Shown: piece after piece, positions 1 through 6,356 of the stretch
How the letters are laid out: every line of letters starts with the position of its first letter
Numbering within the stretch: position 1 is the first letter of the stretch
From: a virus
Taxonomy: Duplodnaviria > Caudoviricetes
DNA: 28,296 nt
Direction: 5' to 3' (one strand)
Virus record (IMG/VR): IMGVR_UViG_3300009037_000184
Span: 1-28,296 of that record
The notes under the pieces: model-generated
Databases searched by the model: none
The model's input: only the letters and a program-made list of their open reading frames with translations
What the model was told of the DNA's origin: nothing
Translations under genes and position numbers: made by a program

Positions 1-108
1 GTTGGACGGACGTTGGCGGGACTGGACACGTCTCCATTGTACGCCGAGTCTGTTTTGGGGAAGGGGCATCGGACAATCGCCCCGGAGGAGCGGGGTTGGG
101 AATACTAA
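1..108 (+). CDS. 3' end of a probable Tas (TIGR-associated, Nop-domain/IS110-related) protein; partial, runs off the window start
   Basis: Frame 1 reads VGRTLAGLDTSPLYAESVLGKGHRTIAPEERGWEY* (TAA 106-108). This resembles, from recall, the C-terminal 'WR.LEGLP...PY.E..LG..H..I.P' motif of phage Nop-domain proteins. It ends 10 nt before the dual-repeat array. Only 35 aa are visible, so the subtype (TasA/H/R) cannot be called. Confidence 0.6.
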   Translation, partial: VGRTLAGLDTSPLYAESVLGKGHRTIAPEERGWEY

Positions 109-118
109 CCGGAGAATG

Positions 119-334
119 AGCCACATCGCAAAAGAAACCCAAAGGGGCTAAGCGAGTCAAATCCCGAAAGAAACCCACAGATCGGAAGCGAGTCAATGCC
201 AGCAAGAAACCCAATGATAGGAAGCGAGTCACGCTGTGCAAGAAACCCAAAGTGGATAAGCGAGTCATTGCCAGCAAGAAACCCAATGACACCAAGCGAG
301 TCACGGTCCGGAAGAAACCCATTTTTCATAATCG
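119..334 (+). repeat. TIGR-like dual-repeat guide-RNA array 1 (6 x 36-nt units)
   Basis: Units start at 119, 155, 191, 227, 263 and 299 with pattern AG(T/C)CA-N9-AGAAACCCA-N9-AGCG (last unit ends ATCG). Spacer pairs: catcgcaaa/aaggggcta, aatcccgaa/cagatcgga, atgccagca/atgatagga, cgctgtgca/aagtggata, ttgccagca/atgacacca, cggtccgga/tttttcata. Confidence 0.9.
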
Positions 335-354
335 TATTGAAAGGAGAACAAACA

Positions 355-696
355 ATGGATAAAGGAGCGCCAAGCGTAACCCACCGAGTCAAAATGGGCT
401 GTGGCAACGTCTATCTGCGAGTGGTGATTGACGATAATGACAAGCCCAAGGCCGTGTTCATCACCATTGGAAAAGCCGGAGGTTGTCAGGCTGCCTTGGC
501 GTCGTCACTAGCCTCAGTAATTACACGGGCGCTCGAAAGCGATGTGTCGCTTAAGTTAATCATCAAGGCGCTCCGGGGAGTAACCTGTTTCGAGAGTCAA
601 CCAGGTGAACCGGAAACGCGATGCACCAGTTGTGTGGATGCGTTGGCAAAAATATTAGAACAGTACAACAACCCGTTCAAAGGAGAAAAGAAATGA
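355..696 (+). CDS. Stand-alone TSCPD-domain protein (like the class II ribonucleotide reductase C-terminal domain, NrdJb-like)
   Basis: Motifs GCGNVYL, VFITIGKAGG, LRGVTC and TSCVDALAKIL. RBS AAGGAG at 341-346 precedes ATG 355. The ORF-track start at 196 lies inside the array. Confidence 0.8.
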   Translation: MDKGAPSVTHRVKMGCGNVYLRVVIDDNDKPKAVFITIGKAGGCQAALASSLASVITRALESDVSLKLIIKALRGVTCFESQPGEPETRCTSCVDALAKILEQYNNPFKGEKK

Positions 697-1169
697 GCAT
701 TTCATGGGATGATTATTACATGGAGATTGTTCAGGCCGTCGCCCAAAAGTCCAAGGACCGTTCCGTGAAAATTGGAGCGGTGATCGTCGGACCCGACCAC
801 GAAATCCGGTCCACCGGATATAATGGCTTCCCGCGAAAGGTAAGTGACACTGACGAAAGCAGGCACCAGCGCCCGGAAAAATACAATTGGACCGAACACG
901 CGGAAAGAAATGCCATCTACAACGCCGCCCGCTGTGGAATACCCCTCAAGGGGTGCATTCTGTTCACCCAATGGCTCCCGTGTAACGATTGCGCCCGCGC
1001 AATTATTCAATCGGGGATCATTGGGGTTTGTTACAAGCCGCTTCTCAACATCCAGGATGGGAGCAGCTTGCTTAACAGAGACCATTACGACCGCTCCCGC
1101 GAAATGCTTAAAGAGGCTGGAGTGTTGGTAATCAACCTGAACAATCCGAAAGAGGAGGATTACGAATGA
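693..1169 (+). CDS. dCMP deaminase (ComEB/cytidine deaminase family)
   Basis: WDDYYM, S.D...KIGAVIV, TGYNG.P, the HAE.NAI and PC..C zinc motifs. ATGA overlap with the upstream stop; AGGAG at 681-685. Confidence 0.92.
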   Translation: MSISWDDYYMEIVQAVAQKSKDRSVKIGAVIVGPDHEIRSTGYNGFPRKVSDTDESRHQRPEKYNWTEHAERNAIYNAARCGIPLKGCILFTQWLPCNDCARAIIQSGIIGVCYKPLLNIQDGSSLLNRDHYDRSREMLKEAGVLVINLNNPKEEDYE

Positions 1170-1510
1170 ACGCGAGCGACCGTGAAGTTTTTTTCAGGGG
1201 GTTGTTTGACGAATGTTTGGCAATTGCCAAACGCAAGGGATCGGACTATAGCGAGAACAAACCTAACGCTGACGTGAACTCCAATTTCAAATTGGCGGCG
1301 GAGCGTTTGTCAACCGACGCAAGACCGATCACGAAGTACGACATCTGGTTTGTGTACTTCTATAAGCATCTCACCGCCATTGAAACTTTCATTGCAACCG
1401 GCAAACTGGAGAGTGAGGGGATCAGGGGGAGGATCATTGACGCCATCAACTACCTTGTAATTCTTGGCAGTATGGTAAAGGAGGACGAGCAAGCTAACCC
1501 ACAAAAGTAA
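1166..1510 (+). CDS. Nmad1/DUF1599-like all-alpha protein (nucleotide-modification-associated, NTP-pyrophosphatase-like)
   Basis: K..DY...D..SNF and E....RIIDAINYLVIL pattern. ATGA overlap and GAGGAGG RBS. Confidence 0.65.
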   Translation: MNASDREVFFRGLFDECLAIAKRKGSDYSENKPNADVNSNFKLAAERLSTDARPITKYDIWFVYFYKHLTAIETFIATGKLESEGIRGRIIDAINYLVILGSMVKEDEQANPQK

Positions 1511-1743
1511 CCCATCAGCCGCGAGCGAGTCACAGTCCAGAAGAAACCCATTATCAACAAGCGAGTCATGGGCGCTAAGAAACCCAGCCGCATGAAGCGA
1601 GTCAATGAAGGGAAGAAACCCATTTGCCCTAAGCGAGTCATGGGCAATAAGAAACCCAGGCGCATCAAGCGAGTTATCAACCGGAAGAAACCCACATGAT
1701 TTAAGCGAGTCACGGTTTGAAAGAAAACCAAAACAGGCAAACG
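1492..1743 (+). repeat. TIGR-like dual-repeat guide-RNA array 2 (7 x 36-nt units, terminal units degenerate)
   Basis: Units start at 1492, 1528, 1564, 1600, 1636, 1672 and 1708 with the same repeats as array 1. Spacer pairs: acccacaaa/tcagccgcg, cagtccaga/ttatcaaca, tgggcgcta/gccgcatga, atgaaggga/tttgcccta, tgggcaata/ggcgcatca, tcaaccgga/catgattta, cggtttgaa/aaacaggca. Confidence 0.9.
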
Positions 1744-1748
1744 AACCG

Positions 1749-2654
1749 ATGCAAATCAACATTATAAAATTCTACCGTGACCATCACATCCCTTATTTCG
1801 TCGAGGGGACGGAACACACTCGGCCAGGATGGGTCCAGACCCAATGCCCATACTGCTCGGGCAGAGTCGGGGACCACCTGGGGTTCAACCAGGCGTTCGG
1901 TTATTTTAACTGCTGGCGTTGCGGACCGCACCCGGTGATCTTCACTCTCTCACGCCAGACCGGAATGACCGCTTCCGCCGTCAGGTCCATCATTGGAAGT
2001 TACCAAACTCGAAGGCCGGTCAAACCAGTTAAAATTGAAGTCAGGCGTTATGCCTTTAAGTTCCCTTCGGGGACCGGCCAGATTGCCAAAGCCCACGAGA
2101 AATATCTGGTCAAAAGGAATTACAAACCGGCGGAAGTAGAGAGGGTATGGCAGGTAATGGGGACCGGGCCGGTAGCCGTCCTGGATGGAATTGATTACAA
2201 ATTTAGACTGGTGGTCCCGATCATCCTTGATAATAAAATCGTCAGTTTCCAAGCGAGAGACATTACAGGCAAAGCCAGACTGCGATATCTTGCCTGCCCC
2301 AAACAAAGGGAACTCTTGGACCACAAATTCACACTCTATGGATTGGATCAGTGCAATGACAACGAGCGAGTAGTAATTGTCGAGGGTATCTTTGACGCCT
2401 GGAGGATTGGACCGGGGGCGGTCGCAACCTTTGGGATTCAGTACACCAAGCAGCAAGTCCATAGGTTAGTAGATAGCTTTACCAAAGCTCTGGTGGTTTA
2501 TGATGATGAATTACAAGCTCAACGACAGGCCAGACAATTGCAAGGGATGCTGGAAATGTACGGGATTACAACGGATGTTGGCACTGCCCCCGGCGACCCC
2601 GACACTTTCAGTAAAAAGGACTTAGATGACATCAAAACGTGGATGGGAGGATAA
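1749..2654 (+). CDS. Phage DNA primase (zinc finger + TOPRIM)
   Basis: CPYC...CWRC zinc finger, VSFQAR, VEGIFDA and YDDE/GDPD TOPRIM motifs. Start placed at ATG 1749 after the array; the ORF-track start at 1605 lies within the array. Confidence 0.88.
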   Translation: MQINIIKFYRDHHIPYFVEGTEHTRPGWVQTQCPYCSGRVGDHLGFNQAFGYFNCWRCGPHPVIFTLSRQTGMTASAVRSIIGSYQTRRPVKPVKIEVRRYAFKFPSGTGQIAKAHEKYLVKRNYKPAEVERVWQVMGTGPVAVLDGIDYKFRLVVPIILDNKIVSFQARDITGKARLRYLACPKQRELLDHKFTLYGLDQCNDNERVVIVEGIFDAWRIGPGAVATFGIQYTKQQVHRLVDSFTKALVVYDDELQAQRQARQLQGMLEMYGITTDVGTAPGDPDTFSKKDLDDIKTWMGG

Positions 2655-2716
2655 CCAATAAACGTCGTTCCTGGGGCCTCTCCGTTCGTCTGGCGGGGTA
2701 TTTTAAGTCAACAAAA

Positions 2717-2761
2717 GGGTCCAAGGGACCGTCCTCCAGAACAAAAACGGCCCTTGGACCC
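2717..2761. terminator. Hairpin at the convergent junction of the replication and virion operons; possible terminator
   Basis: GGGTCCAAGGG-a-CCGT (2717-2732) pairs with ACGG-CCCTTGGACCC (2747-2761). An AAAA run just 5' gives a U tract on the minus-strand transcript. Confidence 0.6.
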
Positions 2762-2763
2762 AC

Positions 2764-2797
2764 TGATCGGGTAAAAGGAGTCACCAAACCCCGATCA
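2764..2797. terminator. Second hairpin at the convergent junction
   Basis: TGATCGGG (2764-2771) and CCCGATCA (2790-2797) form an inverted repeat overlapping the stop of the last minus-strand gene. Confidence 0.35.
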
Positions 2798-3070
2798 AGT
2801 TTTCGGTTGCTTAAATATCTCTTTCAGTTCCGCCAAGACCCAACTGATAATCATTGCCGCCGCCGCCGGACCAACTTCATCCATAATCGGCTTCAACAGT
2901 ATACCAGCTTGGTAGCACGACTGAACAAACAGGGGGTCGTCAGGCTTAAGAATGGAACTGTCCTCCCCCTTCTTTAACGCCATCAAAAATACGGCGTTGC
3001 CTCGGAACCACACTTTGATGGATTCCTTCACCTGCGCTAAAAACTCCAACGCTGCTTTATTGTCCGCCAT
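2795..3070 (-). CDS. Hypothetical protein, last gene of the late operon
   Basis: 91-aa ORF with an AAGGAAGGTG RBS, closely packed behind the upstream gene. Confidence 0.75.
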   Translation of the reverse strand: MADNKAALEFLAQVKESIKVWFRGNAVFLMALKKGEDSSILKPDDPLFVQSCYQAGILLKPIMDEVGPAAAAMIISWVLAELKEIFKQPKT

Positions 3071-3073
3071 GAG

Positions 3074-3433
3074 TCACCTTCCTTTCATCCGATTTTTAAG
3101 GTCAAGAAACTTCTCCTTGGACTTGTCCACCGAATCTTCAAATTCCTTCCGGGCTTTGGTTGTTAGGGATGTGTCGTCTCTCAAATCTCGTTTGATTGAC
3201 TTGGCAGCAGGAGGATTGGAAATAATCCCGGCTTTTTCTTTAATTTCCACCTGCTCAACCGCAGAGGTTAGCGCCGTAAGCGCTTGCTTAGCTGCTTTGT
3301 AGTCCCCTACAATTTTGAAAATCAAAGCTGTCAGGGCTGTACTTACCAAGCCAGCAAATGCCAGCAGGCCCAATATAGCCTTCTGATTTTCAGAATTGGT
3401 AAGCCAAGCCCACACTGCTAAAATTTTGTCCAT
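3074..3433 (-). CDS. Membrane protein, holin-like
   Basis: One N-terminal TM segment (AILGLLAFAGLVSTALTALIF), charged C-terminus, AAGGAGG RBS, located in the lysis region. Confidence 0.55.
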   Translation of the reverse strand: MDKILAVWAWLTNSENQKAILGLLAFAGLVSTALTALIFKIVGDYKAAKQALTALTSAVEQVEIKEKAGIISNPPAAKSIKRDLRDDTSLTTKARKEFEDSVDKSKEKFLDLKNRMKGR

Positions 3434-3446
3434 GAACCACCTCCTT

Positions 3447-4241
3447 TTACGGACTCTTTGTATGCGTAACGGTGCAGTAATATGCAGTCACGGTATCCGA
3501 TCCATGACCTGATGCAATCCGCACCCTCAGTTTCAACGCATTTGCCGCATTAAGCACCCCGGTTCCATAAGCAATATTAGGTGATGCATCGCCATTGGTA
3601 TGGAAAGAACACCCTGCTTTCTGCGCCGTCGCGCTGGTAAAAAGAATGTTCCCCGCAATCTCCCAAACGCCAGCGGTGGTATTAACAGACACCGGCTGGC
3701 AAACGGTTGATCCCGCAAGGGAGATGGAAGCGGTAACAGACTCGTTTGCCCCTGCCGTCAATCCATAACACTTAACGTCGAGAGAATCACGAGCGCCAAT
3801 AGTGCTAGCAGGTATGGTATACCCGTAGATAAGCGTCGCGCCGTCGGCCAGAGTAAATCCAGCGGAAGTCGTAGCGCCGACGCCAAGTCCATAGGACAAA
3901 TGACTTAATTCTGATCCACTGACGCCGGTCAGTCCATCCAACTGGTTTAGTTCGGTCGCCGACAAACCGGTCAGTCCATCCAACTGGTTCAGTTCACTGA
4001 TGGTTGTCGTTAAGGTTTCTCCATCAACAACAAGGGAGTCACCTTCAAGACTTGAGACCTCAAATCCAGTTACAGTTGCATTTGTGAAGGAAACCGCCGC
4101 CCCATCAAAGGTTGCTTTATCCTTCACCTTTAACTGGCGGGCGTTTATTTGGGGGACAAACTCTCCCCCGGCAAATACAGCCACGCTGGTAATGAGTAAT
4201 AGAACTACGATTCCAAACACCTTTCCAATTCGACTTTTCAT
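3447..4241 (-). CDS. Signal-peptide-bearing beta-rich protein with ELNQLDGLTG repeats (exported or virion-associated)
   Basis: AAGGAGG lies 9 nt upstream of ATG 4241. MKSRIGKVFGIVVLLLITSVAVFA is Sec-like. Internal 14-aa repeats. Confidence 0.65.
   Translation of the reverse strand: MKSRIGKVFGIVVLLLITSVAVFAGGEFVPQINARQLKVKDKATFDGAAVSFTNATVTGFEVSSLEGDSLVVDGETLTTTISELNQLDGLTGLSATELNQLDGLTGVSGSELSHLSYGLGVGATTSAGFTLADGATLIYGYTIPASTIGARDSLDVKCYGLTAGANESVTASISLAGSTVCQPVSVNTTAGVWEIAGNILFTSATAQKAGCSFHTNGDASPNIAYGTGVLNAANALKLRVRIASGHGSDTVTAYYCTVTHTKSP
3925..3989. repeat. 23-bp direct repeat, 42-bp period, coding (NQLDGLTG)
   Basis: CCGGTCAGTCCATCCAACTGGTT at 3925-3947 and 3967-3989. Confidence 0.85.
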
Positions 4242-4270
4242 GATCTTCATCCTCCTTAATAATTTTAACC

Positions 4271-4909
4271 TTACGGCCAATATTCCCAACCACACCCGTA
4301 AAGATAAAACTCGTCTGCGGCGTCATCAGTCGAAATCTTTACGGACAACATCACGTCATTACTCATGTCCACAGTTGTTTGAACGGCATTACCTAAATGA
4401 GCAAGAGTAGTCCCTTCAGCAACTTGGGCATCGCCAAAGCCACTTTGGTTTGCCTCATCACCAACTTCAATTAACAAATAATGCCATTTCACTGACCCTT
4501 TGTTATCACTATTAAATACAATGGAGGCGTTAATAGTGTTACCAACGTATAGTGATGCTGTTTTAACATTGGCTTCACCAATTAATCCCCCGTAACATAC
4601 AAGTTCAACCGCTTCCTCATCGTCCATCATTCCAGCAGGAAGTTCAACAGTTGACCCAACCACTTCCGCCGTTGTTGCTCCGGTTACCACAATAGTAGTT
4701 GTAACTTTAAGAACTTGACGTGGACGATTGGTAGAATCCCTAAATGTAAAGTCATTATGGATGTTGAGATCATCGGTTGTAATTGACGTGTCCGCTTGGA
4801 GCGTTTTACAACGAATGTGGTAAAAATAGGTTGCAGTGGCAACAGCCGATTGAATAATTAGCAATAAAATTACCACGCTTAAAACCACTTTGAACTTTTT
4901 CCAAAACAT
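4271..4909 (-). CDS. Signal-peptide-bearing beta-rich protein, probable paralog of 3447-4241
   Basis: AAGGAGG RBS before ATG 4909. MFWKKFKVVLSVVILLLIIQSAVA is Sec-like. Shares the 'L/IPA......V.CYG......TAS' pattern with the next gene. Confidence 0.65.
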   Translation of the reverse strand: MFWKKFKVVLSVVILLLIIQSAVATATYFYHIRCKTLQADTSITTDDLNIHNDFTFRDSTNRPRQVLKVTTTIVVTGATTAEVVGSTVELPAGMMDDEEAVELVCYGGLIGEANVKTASLYVGNTINASIVFNSDNKGSVKWHYLLIEVGDEANQSGFGDAQVAEGTTLAHLGNAVQTTVDMSNDVMLSVKISTDDAADEFYLYGCGWEYWP

Positions 4910-4925
4910 TTCATTCCTCCTTTGG

Positions 4926-5657
4926 TTAGTACCCACCATCAGCAATTTTGAGAACACGTTCGGTGATCGGTCCAACAATCCCATCGGGGACCAAACCATG
5001 CCCTCCTTGAAATTGAACCACAGCAGCCTTTGTTAAACTCCCGTAATCGCCATCAACCATCAATCCAGCATTCTGAATTTTGTTGAGCGCCGTTTGAATC
5101 CACTTTACCTTCGCTTCCTCCGCAAGATTTTCAGCCTCGCCGGTTTTATTGTTAATAGCATTAATACAAAACCGAGCCATCGCTTTGTACCCGCCTTTGG
5201 AGTAAGCTGCCTGCCCATCATCCCCCCGCCAATCATGGTGCCAACACTCGCTGCCTCTCGCGGCAATCCCAATCCAACCATGCTTTTTTAGAATGGCCTT
5301 AGTCCTAGCCAATCCAATTATCGTATTGCCAACGTCAATGTCAATTGCCCTGGCAGCCTCGTGCATTGACCCGCCTGGAGGCGGGGAGTACGCTGACTTC
5401 CGCCCGGTCTTCCAATCAAGGTAGGCGCGTCGTTGGGCCTCCGTACTCCGAAACATATCACTGATAAACAAAGTCCCGCCTGCTTGCGTTATCTCAATGA
5501 TTGCTTTGTCCAACGACTCCGCCGCCGGACGAACCAATTTAGCCATGTAGTCGGGGAGATAGTGCGTTGCCTTGTAAATATCAGGCACCTTAACGCAAAC
5601 GACCCCACTATATTTAGGGTCCGTCCCAACAATTCGACAGCGTTGTTCTTCAACCAT
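4926..5657 (-). CDS. Endolysin: peptidase M15-type catalytic domain + C-terminal peptidoglycan-binding domain
   Basis: FRS...Q, SMHEAARAIDI (SxHxxxxAxD) and ECWH motifs, plus C-terminal IQTALN..VDGDYG..T..AV..FQ...GL.PDGIVGP.T (PG_binding_1). Confidence 0.9.
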   Translation of the reverse strand: MVEEQRCRIVGTDPKYSGVVCVKVPDIYKATHYLPDYMAKLVRPAAESLDKAIIEITQAGGTLFISDMFRSTEAQRRAYLDWKTGRKSAYSPPPGGSMHEAARAIDIDVGNTIIGLARTKAILKKHGWIGIAARGSECWHHDWRGDDGQAAYSKGGYKAMARFCINAINNKTGEAENLAEEAKVKWIQTALNKIQNAGLMVDGDYGSLTKAAVVQFQGGHGLVPDGIVGPITERVLKIADGGY

Positions 5658-5702
5658 TCTACACCTCCTTTTCTCTTCCGCTAGTTACGAACAATATCCA
5701 AA

Positions 5703-6236
5703 TCATCTTGGCCTCCTATGCTTTTTCGATTTGTGCCCGTGAATTTTTTTCCAACACGTCCAAATCCGGCCATTCCCCGCCTTCAGTTGGTTGATAGTCC
5801 ACCGGGTTGAAAAGTCCACGTCGCGGGCCTGGGCCTTCGTTACGGTCGGATGCGCGTCCAAGTTGATTTGATATAGCCCATAAGATGACTCCCGCCGGTT
5901 GTCATTAACGGCATTGGGATTGAGGGAAGATTCACAGCGGGCGAGGGCGATCAGCGTATCCGGCTTATTATATCCTTCCTCTTTGGCAATGGCCCGGATT
6001 TGATCCTTGATGGACAGATCATCCCGTGCGGGGTCGGGCGCGGGCGGAGGCGCGCATTGCTCTTCGAGGGTCTTGACCCGCTCGTGTAGAAATTCGATTT
6101 CGTTTTGTTGGGCGCGGTTGCTGGCCTCCAAGCCCTCGATCCGTTCGCGGGTGTCGTCCAGGCCCACCTGCTTGACCAGCGAGCACCCGCCCGCGACAAT
6201 CAGAAATCCGAAAAAAACCAATGAGAATTTTTTCAT
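5703..6236 (-). CDS. Lipoprotein with coiled coil, proline linker and SLT-like lytic transglycosylase domain
   Basis: Lipobox-like VAGGC after a hydrophobic stretch. Lysozyme-like motifs ARCESSLNPNAVN, SYGLYQI and WTC. Confidence 0.8.
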   Translation of the reverse strand: MKKFSLVFFGFLIVAGGCSLVKQVGLDDTRERIEGLEASNRAQQNEIEFLHERVKTLEEQCAPPPAPDPARDDLSIKDQIRAIAKEEGYNKPDTLIALARCESSLNPNAVNDNRRESSYGLYQINLDAHPTVTKAQARDVDFSTRWTINQLKAGNGRIWTCWKKIHGHKSKKHRRPR

Positions 6237-6256
6237 AACGACCTCCTATTCCCGCA

Positions 6257-6355
6257 CTACGCCTGACCCCAGACCATCATCAGTCGGCATTCGATCATTG
6301 CCTCGTAACAAAAGTCAAGCCAGGCGTCCGGTACGGTCATTATTCTGTAATACAT
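6257..6355 (-). CDS. Possible 32-aa small protein
   Basis: MYYRIMTVPDAWLDFCYEAMIECRLMMVWGQA*. The ATG is 1 nt after the upstream TGA and the ORF fills an otherwise empty gap; no other support. Confidence 0.3.
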   Translation of the reverse strand: MYYRIMTVPDAWLDFCYEAMIECRLMMVWGQA

Positions 6356-6356
6356 A

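Noticed and set aside
119-1743. CRISPR array interpretation
   Set aside because: Repeats are 9-10 nt and of two alternating kinds, spacers are 8-9 nt, and there are no cas genes. This does not fit CRISPR geometry.
1492-1743. Replication-origin iterons next to the primase
   Set aside because: Not fully excluded, but the same array also occurs away from the primase, right after the Tas-like gene. The 18/36-nt alternation with variable spacers fits guide arrays better, and no AT-rich unwinding tract is adjacent.
196-1748. ORF-track starts at 196 and 1605 as true N-termini
   Set aside because: Both ATGs lie in spacers. The recognisable domains start at 355 (with a strong RBS) and 1749.
105-1762. 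Minus-strand repeat ORFs 105..407, 1310..1762 and 1450..1740 (GFL...DSL repeats)
   Set aside because: These are translations of the 36-nt arrays, antisense to well-supported plus-strand genes.
2639-3302. Plus-strand ORFs 2639..2977 and 2952..3302
   Set aside because: They cross the hairpin region or lie antisense to RBS-supported minus-strand genes; no motifs.
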